From positions 1 to 36,238 of the forward strand of contig JBHHTR010000003.1 of the NCBI GenBank assembly GCA_046753505.1: a stretch of DNA of 36,238 bases, in the 5' to 3' direction. Of this stretch, positions 10,354-21,483 are shown piece after piece (position 1 is the first letter of the stretch; every line of letters begins with the position of its first letter). Below the pieces are notes generated by a model. The model had not been told where the DNA came from. It made no database searches and worked only from the letters and a program-made list of their open reading frames with translations. Made by a program: the position numbers and the translations under genes. This stretch comes from Thermodesulfobacteriota bacterium. GTDB lineage: Bacteria; Desulfobacterota; GWC2-55-46; S146-70; JAUXIU01.

Positions 10354-10797
10354 CTACTCTTGAATAATAGAAACCTTGAGGTTGGCCACAACCTCTTGAT
10401 GGAGCTTGTACGGCACCTCGGTATCACCGAGACTCTTGATCGGCTCATCAAGGGAGATCTTCTTACGGTCGATAGAAAAGCCCTGCTCTTCAAGAGCGCC
10501 TGCGATATCCATGGACGTCACGGAACCGAAGAGCTTTTCATCATCGCCGGCCTTCCTAGTAAATGAGAGGGTAACAGCTTCCAGCTTATCCTTCAGCGTC
10601 GATGCCTCGCTCTTGACCTTCTCTACCTTCCTGAGCCACGCCTCCTTCTGCTGCTCAATGGCCTTCATGTTCCCCTTCGTAGCAGCAACGACCATCCCCT
10701 TCGGAATAAGGTAGTTGCGTGCGTAACCGTTTGCCACAGTAACGGTATCCCCGAAGCTGCCCAAGGTGGGGATATCATTCTTCAGTAAAACCCTCAT
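10354..10797 (-). CDS. rplI: 50S ribosomal protein L9
   Basis: VANGYARNYLIP, KLFGSVT, PIKSLG. Confidence 0.98.
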   Translation of the reverse strand: MRVLLKNDIPTLGSFGDTVTVANGYARNYLIPKGMVVAATKGNMKAIEQQKEAWLRKVEKVKSEASTLKDKLEAVTLSFTRKAGDDEKLFGSVTSMDIAGALEEQGFSIDRKKISLDEPIKSLGDTEVPYKLHQEVVANLKVSIIQE

Positions 10798-10815
10798 AAA
10801 ATCGTACCTCCTGAA

Positions 10816-11097
10816 TCAGATAGATGTCGAAATGAAGGGAAGAATCGCAAGATTCCGAGCCCTCTTTATTGCCACTGTAATCTCCCGCTGGTGCTTGGCG
10901 CAGGTTCCTGTAATCCGCCTAGAGATCATCTTGCCCTTCTCGGTAATGTAGGGTCTCAACGCCCTACCATCCTTGTAATCAATCGTGAGCTTTGTCTCCT
11001 TGCAGAAACGGCAGAACTTCCGTCTCATAAAACCTCTTTTAAAACCACCCTTGCGTTCTCTGTTGTCCCTTGGGCGTCCTGGAGCGGTGCTACTCAT
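10816..11097 (-). CDS. rpsR: 30S ribosomal protein S18 (Zn-binding form)
   Basis: RRKFCRFC...IDYKD...[12 protein letters not shown]...AIKRAR. Confidence 0.98.
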   Translation of the reverse strand: MSSTAPGRPRDNRERKGGFKRGFMRRKFCRFCKETKLTIDYKDGRALRPYITEKGKMISRRITGTCAKHQREITVAIKRARNLAILPFISTSI

Positions 11098-11480
11098 ATA
11101 GAACCTCCTTCTTCTGCTACAGGTTGAACCACTTCCGTACTCTCACCTTCACTCTCTGCTTCATTTTCCTCAACAGCGGCAACCATTTTTCTGGGATCGA
11201 GCTTCACGGTGAGATAACGGATCACCTGCTCGTTCAACTTTAGCTGTCGCTCTATCTCCTTGATTGCTTCCGGCGGCGTGGTGAACTTAAGGTAGAGGTA
11301 GTAACCTTCTGTACACTTCTGTATCGGGTAGGCCAGCTTCCGCTTTCCCCACTCATCGACGGTGAGCATTTCACCCTTTGATGCGGCTACTACTCCGGTC
11401 ACTTTCTGAACTGCCGCCTGGATGACCTCCTCGCCAACATCAGGCTTTACAATAAAAATCAACTCGTACGGTTGTGACAT
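11094..11480 (-). CDS. rpsF: 30S ribosomal protein S6
   Basis: [20 protein letters not shown], acidic tail; SD AAGGAGG. Confidence 0.98.
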   Translation of the reverse strand: MSQPYELIFIVKPDVGEEVIQAAVQKVTGVVAASKGEMLTVDEWGKRKLAYPIQKCTEGYYLYLKFTTPPEAIKEIERQLKLNEQVIRYLTVKLDPRKMVAAVEENEAESEGESTEVVQPVAEEGGSI

Positions 11481-11485
11481 TTTTT

Positions 11486-11546
11486 CCTCCTTACGGTTCT
11501 CCCTTAACAGGGGAGCCCTTCACTCAGCAGTGCAAAGAGCAAGGAT
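11486..11546 (-). promoter_or_regulatory. S6:S18-binding ribosomal protein leader RNA
   Basis: Minus strand CCTTGCTC...GGGC...CCG-TAAGGAGG: CCTT can pair with the AAGG of the SD and an unpaired CCR lies next to it, as in the described rpsF leader. Confidence 0.7.
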
Positions 11547-11555
11547 TAGTTCTAG

Positions 11556-11717
11556 CCCGCATTATTCACAAATGTGCTCGTGCCCTCGCTTGATCTTGAA
11601 TCCACCAAGGCATTTGTTCGAGCTTGGCCGTATCCACTGGTACGGCACGCCCTCGAAAAATCCCATGGTAAATCCAATCTCTGCGCGATCATCACGGCAA
11701 TTCATGAATAATCCGGA
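11556..11717. mobile_element. Miniature inverted-repeat element (family C, IS1380-like ends), about 162 bp
   Basis: Imperfect TIRs CCCGCATTATTCACAAAT / ATTCATGAATAATCCGGA; no credible ORF; TSD not clear. Confidence 0.5.
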
Positions 11718-11720
11718 CGG

Positions 11721-11855
11721 GGAAACCTCTGAACAATTCAGAGGACGAAAACTAAAAGTGTAATTTTATTTTTCTCACATTTTCAATAACTTATCATCAC
11801 TGAAAATGGCGCTACATCCATGTAGTGCTAAATGTCTGAATAAATCAGACATTCA
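11721..11855. mobile_element. IS5-like miniature element (family A), degenerate ends
   Basis: About 84 bp nearly identical to 26899-26982; ends AACCTCTGAACAATTC / AATCAGACATTC. Confidence 0.8.
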
Positions 11856-11903
11856 TCACTTTCCACCAATAAGTCGTACTCCAGTTTCAACCATCTACCA
11901 CTA

Positions 11904-12050
11904 TCCCGTAGTGGCCACGCTGCCTGTGTAGTAACAGACCGTTTAGATCAAGACGCCTGCGGCTACTCTCGGCGCCATATTGGCCGCCATGTTTCAACAG
12001 GCAAGGTGTATGGATGTTTATTTTGATTGCATAACGGACACCACCGGGAC
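11904..12050 (-). ncRNA. Candidate structured RNA or long 5' leader upstream of rpsF
   Basis: Starts just after a promoter; 5' TCCCGGTGG can pair with 3' CCACTACGGGA; inner TGCCTGT/ACAGGCA stem; no credible ORF. Confidence 0.3.
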
Positions 12051-12055
12051 GCACT

Positions 12056-12084
12056 TTTATACTATATCTGCCTGAAAAAAGCAA
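12056..12084 (-). promoter_or_regulatory. Putative sigma70 promoter facing rpsF
   Basis: Minus strand TTGCTT, 17 bp, TATAAA. Confidence 0.5.
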
Positions 12085-12255
12085 GTGGGAATCTGTTGCA
12101 GGAAAAATCTGTAACCCCCTTACCTCATAACTTGCCAGGAGAAGCGGAAGCGAATCAACTGTGCGCTGTACGAGCCAGAGCGAGCAAGGAGTCCCCCTCT
12201 GGAGGCGCGGCATAGCCTGATTGCTATAGCGCTAGTCCCTGAAGAGGGCAATCCA

Positions 12256-14112
12256 TCAGGAACTCCTGCCAAAGACATTCAAGATGCGCTTGAGCAGACC
12301 ACCCTTCTCCCGCTTTCCTGATGACGGCGGTCTCGAAATAGTCTGCGTTGCCTTGCCGACGTTGCTTGTCCCCTTAGAGCCGAAATCTTCACCGTACTTC
12401 TTCTTGTAAAATGCAAGGCGCTCCTCTTTACTCTTAGGCTGGCGGCGCCCACTTTTCTTTCCATCACCAGAAGCTCTGGGAGGAGCGACTTTAGTCTCTG
12501 CCCTGGCAGGGCGCGAGACGGGGGGACGCGTAGCGGCGGAGATTGGGGGAGTGGAAGGCTGCCTCTTCGGTTGCTTACTCCTGTACTTTTCAGGTCCCCC
12601 GGTAGTTGCCTTCTTGTCGACCACTGTCGTAGACCCCTTTGTTTCAGAGGCAGTTGATGCCTCCGGATTTTTAGGATCAAACGGTTTTGATCCAGCCTTT
12701 TTTCCCTTGAAGTGGAAGGTCCGCTCCGGCCCACTCCTTGATTTGGAGCGACTACGGCTCTTGTTGCTCCTGTTTTTTTCCTGTGGAGAGGCCGCCACCT
12801 TCTGCTCTGCCTTCTGCTCTTTCGTGGGTTTTGATTGCGCCCTGACAGGTTTAGCTTGAGCTCTGGCAGGCTTTGCCGGACTCCTCGTCCCGCGTCTGGC
12901 GCCTCTTTCAGGCCCCTTCTTCAGTGGCGGCCTCTTTCTCCTGTACGGCCCGGCGCTATCCTTGACAAGATCCTCCTCCTCTATCCACTCTACCTCAATC
13001 TTCCGTTCAATATACGTCTCAATCTCAGGCAGATTCATGGCGTGGTCTTCACAGACGAGGCTGTACGCTTGACCGGTCTTTCCGGCCCTGGCAGTTCTCC
13101 CGATACGGTGTACATAGCTTGCGACCTCCTCCGGGAGATCGTAATTAATCACATGAGAGATATCCTCGATATGGAGCCCTCTGGCAACAACATCGGTGGC
13201 TACCAGGATCTTTATCTTCCCCGACTTCATGTTGTCGATGATGCGCTGCCGTCTGGACTGGCTTACGTCGCCTGTAAGCACCTTGGCCGGAAAGTCGTTG
13301 CCCACAAGCTTCCACTCCACCATCTCGGCCGTACTCTTCATATTGGTGAAGATGATGCACCGCTCCATATCAGGCCTCTTCAGGAGGGCCATGAGGATTG
13401 GTATCTTCTCCTCGTTTGATGTATAGAGAACCTTCTGGTCTATCTTATCCACCGTTACCTGTTCCGGTTCAATCTCTATAAAGACCGGGTCTGGCTTCAT
13501 ATACCGTGCGGCAAGGCGTCTGACATTTGCATCAATGGTTGCCGAAAAGAGCATGGTCTGGCGGGGTTTGTCTTTGGGAAGTTTGTTTGCTATGTAACGA
13601 ATGTCGGGGGCAAACCCCATATCGAACATGCGGTCCGCCTCGTCAACAATGAAGATATCAACATTGTTCAGAGTGAAATATTTCGACTTGTAGAGGTCGA
13701 TCATCCTGCCGGGGGTAGCGACAACAAGCTCGACTCCACTCTTCAGAGCCGAAATCTGCTTATCGTACTCGACGCCGCCGTAAAGCGCCACAGAGCGGAA
13801 TGGAAGATGTTTGCCCAACCTCTTTGCTTCGTTATCCAGTTGAACGGCAAGCTCCCTGGTAGGGGCCATCACAAGGGCTCTTGGGCCCTTCGATTTGTCT
13901 CCGCTCTCTTCGGGATTGGTCAGGAGTCTGGTAAATATAGTGAGGATGAAGACAGCCGTCTTTCCCGTACCGGTCTGGGATTGGGCAATGAGGTCCTTGC
14001 CGGCCAGCGCTTCGGGCAGGGACTGCTCCTGAATAGGGGTACACCGCTCAAACCCGGCATCGTCTATGCCCTGTAATATCTTTTCATCAAGATCTAACGT
14101 AGAAAATTTCAT
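12256..14112 (-). CDS. DEAD-box ATP-dependent RNA helicase (RhlB/RhlE-like) with long basic C-terminal tail
   Basis: Q motif TPIQ, QTGTGKT, PTRELA, TPGR, DEAD, SAT, ARGL, HRIGRTAR; about 230 aa K/R/S/P-rich tail. Confidence 0.95.
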   Translation of the reverse strand: MKFSTLDLDEKILQGIDDAGFERCTPIQEQSLPEALAGKDLIAQSQTGTGKTAVFILTIFTRLLTNPEESGDKSKGPRALVMAPTRELAVQLDNEAKRLGKHLPFRSVALYGGVEYDKQISALKSGVELVVATPGRMIDLYKSKYFTLNNVDIFIVDEADRMFDMGFAPDIRYIANKLPKDKPRQTMLFSATIDANVRRLAARYMKPDPVFIEIEPEQVTVDKIDQKVLYTSNEEKIPILMALLKRPDMERCIIFTNMKSTAEMVEWKLVGNDFPAKVLTGDVSQSRRQRIIDNMKSGKIKILVATDVVARGLHIEDISHVINYDLPEEVASYVHRIGRTARAGKTGQAYSLVCEDHAMNLPEIETYIERKIEVEWIEEEDLVKDSAGPYRRKRPPLKKGPERGARRGTRSPAKPARAQAKPVRAQSKPTKEQKAEQKVAASPQEKNRSNKSRSRSKSRSGPERTFHFKGKKAGSKPFDPKNPEASTASETKGSTTVVDKKATTGGPEKYRSKQPKRQPSTPPISAATRPPVSRPARAETKVAPPRASGDGKKSGRRQPKSKEERLAFYKKKYGEDFGSKGTSNVGKATQTISRPPSSGKREKGGLLKRILNVFGRSS

Positions 14113-14244
14113 CTTCTTCTCATCACTACAAGTGTCTCCCTTTACATTGAGGCATTATTTTTTTCACCCTCTCGTCTGCTAAATTATCCAATGCTACTAT
14201 AAATTGCATGTCTTTACCAGCCTTTTCTGCCACCTCTCCGACAA

Positions 14245-14393
14245 GACGCCCTCGTAAAAAGTCGTGAGATGGCTAAGTAAAAATTTCGATATACAAGGAG
14301 TAGTGGTTTTTCAGATGGGAAGGCATACATATGGTATGTCGAGTGTCTGAAAGATTGCTCGGCCCAATAGATCGGACTTTTTACGAGGGCATC
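14245..14393. mobile_element. Miniature inverted-repeat element (family B), 149 bp
   Basis: 19-bp TIRs GACGCCCTCGTAAAAAGTC / GACTTTTTACGAGGGCATC with one mismatch. Confidence 0.75.
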
Positions 14394-14573
14394 ATACGAT
14401 AAGGTAGAAAAAATTAATGGCAGGCTTTGTCTGGAAGAGTAGAGGCAGCCAGCTTCGATTGTCACTCTCGCTAGCCCCTTTGCCTGCGACTTCTCTATTG
14501 CGCCTAAGAGCACTTGATGGTACCGTTTTTCTGTCTCTGTTCCGCTACACTCTTGTCATTACATTTACTCTAA

Positions 14574-14610
14574 GGAACCTCTGAATAATTCATCCATGAA
14601 CTATTCAGAG
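14574..14610. mobile_element. IS5-like miniature element (family A), short and right-truncated
   Basis: CTAA then GGAACCTCTGAATAATTCATCC, identical to the start of the 26865 copy, then TGAACTATTCAGAG. Confidence 0.65.
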
Positions 14611-14613
14611 AGC

Positions 14614-14835
14614 ATGAACCTTATGGATACTCTTAAACATATAAAAGCTCTTAAGGAAGAATTTGAAGAGAAGAATCGTTTCTGTATGGGTGTCCACCTG
14701 CCGACCGATATTGCGAGAAGTGTCCGCAGGGAGCTCTTTCAGTTGTACAGCCAGGACCCGGGTGAGGGATTGACCACCCTCTTTGGCATTGAGGTGCTTT
14801 CAACAGACGCCCCCAAGATCAAGTTTGAGGAGTAG
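14614..14835 (+). CDS. Small hypothetical protein
   Basis: Protein-like 73-aa ORF alone in an intergenic gap; upstream ATG 14596 lies inside a MITE, so 14614 or 14623 is more likely. Confidence 0.65.
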   Translation: MNLMDTLKHIKALKEEFEEKNRFCMGVHLPTDIARSVRRELFQLYSQDPGEGLTTLFGIEVLSTDAPKIKFEE

Positions 14836-14874
14836 GCACTGCTATTTGATCTCAGCGGTTCTGAGACAAACCTT

Positions 14875-14909
14875 GACGCCCTCGTCAAAAGTCGTGAGAT
14901 AGCGCTAAC
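14875..14909 (+). repeat. Isolated left end of family B element
   Basis: GACGCCCTCGTCAAAAGTCGTGAGAT matches 14245-14270 at 25 of 26 positions. Confidence 0.7.
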
Positions 14910-14945
14910 CGTGGGTGGCAGTCTGTCCTGGCAGCGCCCTCATAA

Positions 14946-17042
<2,097 letters not shown>

Positions 17043-17177
17043 CACTAAATATGTAGCGGTATGGTATGGATGAGGAGCAAAAAAGACCCCTTTATTTTTT
17101 AGGTGCAAGCGTTTTTCCTGGACTCTGCAGACTTAAATACTACCGCTACATGCAACAGATCTATAGGTAATTGTTTT

Positions 17178-17210
17178 GTTAGCCATCGCACAACTTTTTA
17201 CGAAGGCATC
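17178..17210 (-). repeat. Isolated inverted left end of family B element
   Basis: Reverse complement GATGCCTTCGTAAAAAGTTGTGCGATGGCTAAC resembles 14245-14277. Confidence 0.65.
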
Positions 17211-17231
17211 AAGCAGGGGATGAATAATAAT

Positions 17232-17260
17232 TTGACTTTTTACCCGATTTGCCATATTAT
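17232..17260 (+). promoter_or_regulatory. Putative sigma70 promoter of rpsU
   Basis: TTGACT, 17 bp, TATTAT, with AT-rich upstream sequence. Confidence 0.65.
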
Positions 17261-17341
17261 TCTGCGTTGCGACAGTGGCAGGGGAGTTCTCTTCTGTCGC
17301 TCTATATATTACGGTGCGTTTGGAAGGGGGGTAGTTTTTGA

Positions 17342-17542
17342 ATGTCTGAAGTGAAGGTGCTCGATAACCAGCTTGAAAAGGCGCTCAAGGTTCTCAAGCG
17401 TAAGCTTGCGCAGGACGGTGTCTTCAGGGAACTGAAGAGGAGACGGTTCTACGAAAAGCCGAGCGTCAAGAAGAAGAAGAAGCGCATGGAGGCGCTCAAG
17501 AGACGGATCAAGGCGTCAAGAGGCATGAGGCGGCCTGGTTAA
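17342..17542 (+). CDS. rpsU: 30S ribosomal protein S21
   Basis: LEKALKVLKRK...ELKRRRFYEKPSVKKK. Confidence 0.95.
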   Translation: MSEVKVLDNQLEKALKVLKRKLAQDGVFRELKRRRFYEKPSVKKKKKRMEALKRRIKASRGMRRPG

Positions 17543-17573
17543 CCATCCAACCATTCCATGTGAAAGTAAATAA

Positions 17574-17611
17574 AGCGGGCATCCACTTATAAGGGTGCCC
17601 GCTCTTTTTTT
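17574..17611 (+). terminator. Intrinsic terminator after rpsU
   Basis: AGCGGGCATCC-loop-GGGTGCCCGCT followed by CTTTTTTT. Confidence 0.85.
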
Positions 17612-17641
17612 ACCAGGAAAACCAAAATCCATACAATGAAA

Positions 17642-17727
17642 TCACACAAAGACACAGAGGCCACAAAGGATTAACTTATTGTCTATAAATAGAATATTTC
17701 TTTGTGCTCTTTGTGAACTTTGTGTGA
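17642..17727. repeat. Palindromic element built from 9-10 bp-period CACA(A/G)AG units
   Basis: Three CACA(A/G)AG units, an AT-rich spacer, then three CTTTGTG units. Confidence 0.7.
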
Positions 17728-17758
17728 ATATATGACTACTTTTTAGTGAAACGTTATA

Positions 17759-19732
17759 CTAGAGCCTCTCCTCCACCAGCTTCTCAACGACCGATGGGTC
17801 GGCCAGGGTCGAGATGTCACCAAGCTCTTCCACCTGACCGTGGGCGATCTTCCTGAGAATCCTCCGCATGATCTTGCCGCTTCGCGTTTTGGGGAGTCCT
17901 GCGGCAAATTGAAGCTTATCCGGTTTCGCAATGGGGCTGATCTCCTGCCGCACATGGCCGAGGAGTATCTTCCTCAGGTCATCGGTAGCCTCAACGCCCT
18001 CGTTGACAGCGACATAGGCGTAGATCCCCTCCCCCTTCACGTCGTGGGGATATCCAACCACTGCGGCCTCCGCCACCGCCTCATGTGAAACGAGGGCGCT
18101 CTCTATCTCCGCCGTCCCAAGCCGGTGGCCCGAGACGTTGAGAACATCATCGATCCTACCCATGAGCCAGAAGTCTCCATCCTCATCGATTCGCGCCCCG
18201 TCGCCGCTGAAGTATTTTCCGGGGAAACGACTGAAGTAGGTCTCCCTGACCAGCCTGTTTTCAGGGTCGCCGTAGGTTCCCCTCAAGATGCCGGGCCACG
18301 GCTTCTCTATGACGAGGTAGCCTCCCTCATTCACCCTGGCCTCCTCGCCGTTCTCCTTGAGAACCTTTGGCTCTACGCCGAAGAATGGCCTTGTTGCGGC
18401 CCCAGGTTTCAGCGGCGTCGCTCCCGGAAGGGGGGTAATCAGTATGCCGCCCGTCTCCGTCTGCCACCACGTATCCACTACGGGGAGTTTCCCCTTGCCG
18501 ATCTTCTCATGATACCAGATCCACGCCTCGGGGTTGATCGGCTCACCGACCGAGCCGAGGACGCGGAGACTATCGAGGCTGTGATTATTGACCCACTTAT
18601 CCCCCTCACGCATGAGGGCCCTGATGGCGGTGGGGGCGGTATAGAAGAGATTGACCTGGTGCTTATCGACGATATCCCAGAATCTGCCTGGGTTGGGGTA
18701 GGTTGGCACCCCCTCAAAGAGGAGGCTTGTCGCGCCGCAGGCAAGGGGGCCGTAGACTATGTAGCTGTGGCCCGTCACCCACCCGATATCGGCGGTGCAG
18801 AAGAAGGTATCCTCCTCCTTGTAATCAAAAATCCATTTGAAGGTGAGGGCCGAGTAGAGGAGGTAGCCCGCCGTCGTATGGAGGACCCCCTTCGGCTTCC
18901 CCGTGCTTCCGCTCGTGTAGAGGATGAAGAGGGGATCCTCGGCATCCATCATTTCCGGTTCGCACCAGGAGGATATGGCTGGGTCATTGACATCGTCGTG
19001 CCACCAGGTATCGCGCCCCTCCACCATATCAACCTTAGTATCGGTGCACCGTACCACGATTGCGCTCTCGATTGTTGGACACTCGAGGAGGGCCTCGTCA
19101 CAGTTCGGCTTCAGCGGTATGGGGCGCCCCCCCCTGACGCCGCCGTCGGCGGTGACGATGATGGTTGATTCGCAGTCCTGAATCCTGTCCCTGAGAGAGG
19201 TGGGGCTGAAACCGCCAAATACCACGCTGTGAATGGCCCCTATCCTCGCGCAGGCAAGGGTCGCTATCACCAGTTCAGGTATCATGGGGAGGTAGATGGT
19301 GACCCGGTCCCCCTTCACTACCCCCTTTCCCTTCAGGACGTTGGCAAAGCGGTTTACCTCGTAAGAGAGCTGCTGATAGGTGTAGGTGCGGGAGGTGCCG
19401 TCGTCCCTCTCCCAGATGATGGCCGCCTTGTTCCTCCTCCACGTCGTGAGGTGCCGGTCGAGGCAGTTGTACGACGCGTTTATTTTACCCTTTATAAACC
19501 ACTTGACATCGGGCTTCTTGAAGTCCCACTCGACAACCTTGTCCCACTTCTTATCCCAGTCGAGCATCTCATCGGCCATCCGCCCCCAGAACCCCTCCAT
19601 GTCGTCAATCGACTCCCTGTAGAGGCGCTCATACTCCGCCATGCTCCCGATATACGCCCTCTCGCCCGCCTCCTTTGACGGAGGAAAGACCCGCTTCTCC
19701 TCCAACACGCTCTCTATCGTATGCTTTGCCAT
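17759..19732 (-). CDS. acs: Acetyl-CoA synthetase (AMP-forming)
   Basis: [49 protein letters not shown]. Confidence 0.98.
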   Translation of the reverse strand: MAKHTIESVLEEKRVFPPSKEAGERAYIGSMAEYERLYRESIDDMEGFWGRMADEMLDWDKKWDKVVEWDFKKPDVKWFIKGKINASYNCLDRHLTTWRRNKAAIIWERDDGTSRTYTYQQLSYEVNRFANVLKGKGVVKGDRVTIYLPMIPELVIATLACARIGAIHSVVFGGFSPTSLRDRIQDCESTIIVTADGGVRGGRPIPLKPNCDEALLECPTIESAIVVRCTDTKVDMVEGRDTWWHDDVNDPAISSWCEPEMMDAEDPLFILYTSGSTGKPKGVLHTTAGYLLYSALTFKWIFDYKEEDTFFCTADIGWVTGHSYIVYGPLACGATSLLFEGVPTYPNPGRFWDIVDKHQVNLFYTAPTAIRALMREGDKWVNNHSLDSLRVLGSVGEPINPEAWIWYHEKIGKGKLPVVDTWWQTETGGILITPLPGATPLKPGAATRPFFGVEPKVLKENGEEARVNEGGYLVIEKPWPGILRGTYGDPENRLVRETYFSRFPGKYFSGDGARIDEDGDFWLMGRIDDVLNVSGHRLGTAEIESALVSHEAVAEAAVVGYPHDVKGEGIYAYVAVNEGVEATDDLRKILLGHVRQEISPIAKPDKLQFAAGLPKTRSGKIMRRILRKIAHGQVEELGDISTLADPSVVEKLVEERL

Positions 19733-19769
19733 AACTCCTCCAATCGTTATAAGAATTATACTGGCCTAA

Positions 19770-19811
19770 GGAATGTCTGAATAGTTCAGAGACGAATTCT
19801 TCAGAGGTTCC
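19770..19811. mobile_element. IS5-like miniature element (family A), 42 bp
   Basis: GGAATGTCTGAATA...TCTTCAGAGGTTCC flanked by CTAA/CTAA. Confidence 0.75.
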
Positions 19812-19816
19812 CTAAG

Positions 19817-19843
19817 ATTATACGATGATAGTTGGAGTGTCAA
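19817..19843 (-). promoter_or_regulatory. Putative promoter of acs
   Basis: Perfect TTGACA and TATAAT hexamers on the minus strand, but only a 15-bp spacer. Confidence 0.4.
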
Positions 19844-19870
19844 GGCAGATGAAGCAGTGTGTCACTCTAA

Positions 19871-19948
19871 GGAAGGGCTCCTATTCAGACATTCCGCGAT
19901 AGATGGATGTATCGCCATTCTGTAACGGCAACTCATTGAAAATGTTCC
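19871..19948. mobile_element. IS5-like miniature element (family A), 78 bp
   Basis: GGAAGG...CATTGAAAATGTTCC flanked by CTAA/CTAA; colinear with 5454-5535. Confidence 0.75.
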
Positions 19949-20079
19949 CTAACATAGAGGCGTCGAACTTTTTCCTGTACAGAGGCCGTGCTGTCGGCGT
20001 ACAGTCATAGGGAAAGTCTGATAATTATATAATGTATGCTTGCCACACTATAACACTCAAGACAAGGAGCTATTGAATA

Positions 20080-21255
20080 ATGACCGACTCGAAATCACCT
20101 TCTGCCGCCTGTAAAGCCGGTACGGATATCATCTGGATTGACAACAGCGAGGCGCTGGCCTCTTTTTGCGGTGAGGCAAGGCGTGAGCCATTTATTGCAG
20201 TCGATACCGAATTTCACCGTGAGCGTACCTATTTTGCCAAGCTTGCGCTGGTGCAGGTTGCTCTGCCCGGCAAAATTGCTTGCATTGATCCCCTCGCTAT
20301 CAGAGACCTTCAGCCCCTTGATGACCTGCTTCTCGACAGTAAGGTGCTCAAACTGATGCACTCCGGCAGACAGGATTTAGAGATATTTTTTGACCGTACC
20401 GGCACTGTTCCGGCGCCTCTCTTTGACACCCAGGTGGCGGCTGCTCTCCTTGGGATGGGTGAGCAGACAGGGTATGCCTCCCTCGTAGAAAAGGTGTGCG
20501 GTGTATCTCTGTCGAAGAATCATGCCCGTACAGACTGGATGCGCCGCCCTCTGAACTCTGACGTTATCGCCTATGCAGCTGATGATGTTCGTTACCTTGG
20601 ACAAATCTATCGTACCCTTGACAACTCTCTGACCGATAGGGGCCGCAGTAAATGGCTCGAAGAGGAGCAGGCAATGCTTTTAGCTCCGGCCACCTACGAA
20701 CCGGACATTGATAATGCATGGCAGCGAGTCAAGGGAAGTAATAAGTTGGATGGTCGATCTCTCCCCGTGCTCCAGATACTGGCCGGATGGAGGGAGTGTG
20801 AGGCCCGTGAAACAGATCGCCCAAAGCGCTGGATCCTCTCTGACGAAATCATTATCAACATAGCTCGGCAGCGCCCGAAAAATATGGATGCTCTGGAACG
20901 CATGAGGGGACTGGAAGAGCGGGTCAGAAGAAAGCACGGCCCTAAGCTGCTGACCCTGGTTGCGGATGGTGCAAAAGCGCCCATGCTCAACAGAAAGAGA
21001 GGAGAACGAAAAGCGGTATCTGATGATACCATCGTAGACGCCCTTATTGCAGTTTTAAAGATGCAGGCCCGTCAAAATGATATAAGCGCCGCAATGCTGG
21101 CGTCGAGGGGCGATCTCAACAGAGCAGCCGCAGGTGAACGTGATCTGCCCCTATTTAGAGGGTGGCGAAAGGCGCTCGCAGGCGATGCAATAGTGGCATT
21201 TCTGGCAGGAGATATGAAGTTGAAAACAGAATCGGGCCAGTTGGTTTTGAGGTAA
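20080..21255 (+). CDS. rnd: Ribonuclease D
   Basis: DEDDy exonuclease motifs AVDTEF, HSGRQD, FDTQ, DWMRRPL, YAADD; HRDC domain; GWR near the C-terminus. Confidence 0.95.
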   Translation: MTDSKSPSAACKAGTDIIWIDNSEALASFCGEARREPFIAVDTEFHRERTYFAKLALVQVALPGKIACIDPLAIRDLQPLDDLLLDSKVLKLMHSGRQDLEIFFDRTGTVPAPLFDTQVAAALLGMGEQTGYASLVEKVCGVSLSKNHARTDWMRRPLNSDVIAYAADDVRYLGQIYRTLDNSLTDRGRSKWLEEEQAMLLAPATYEPDIDNAWQRVKGSNKLDGRSLPVLQILAGWRECEARETDRPKRWILSDEIIINIARQRPKNMDALERMRGLEERVRRKHGPKLLTLVADGAKAPMLNRKRGERKAVSDDTIVDALIAVLKMQARQNDISAAMLASRGDLNRAAAGERDLPLFRGWRKALAGDAIVAFLAGDMKLKTESGQLVLR

Positions 21256-21453
21256 ATAGAGGATAGATAGCTAAACGTTTCACCGTTTTGCATGGCCTCT
21301 CCTGAGCGAAGCGGAAAAGTCAATGCACGTCCCCTAATGCTGACAGAGACGAGTATTTCAGAACAACCTGCTCTGTAGGGGTATAATGGCCTGCAAGTGT
21401 AGGTGACTGGCAGACGAGTCGCTGCTCCCACTTCCTTCGATGTTTATTCCTAT

Positions 21454-21466
21454 GAGCAGTGTGACA
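21454..21466 (+). repeat. 13-bp copy of the left arm of the WYL-box palindrome
   Basis: GAGCAGTGTGACA is identical to 23840-23852 and lies just upstream of the WYL gene SD. Confidence 0.7.
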
Positions 21467-21483
21467 ACTCTTGAGGGAGAATA

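Noticed and set aside
14214-14513. 99-aa minus-strand ORF, and ORFs at 11422-11763 and 5382-5633
   Set aside because: They run through miniature repeat elements and have no RBS or protein-like features
17840-19678. Long antisense ORFs over acs (e.g. 347 aa), and similar ones over rho, ligA, the helicase, AAA and FGE genes
   Set aside because: Shadow frames of well-supported genes, with no recognisable motifs
19992-20013. TGTCGG-N10-TAGGGA upstream of rnd as a third WYL box
   Set aside because: No left GACA arm, the -10 lacks the final T, and a TATAAT at 20028-20033 offers a simpler promoter
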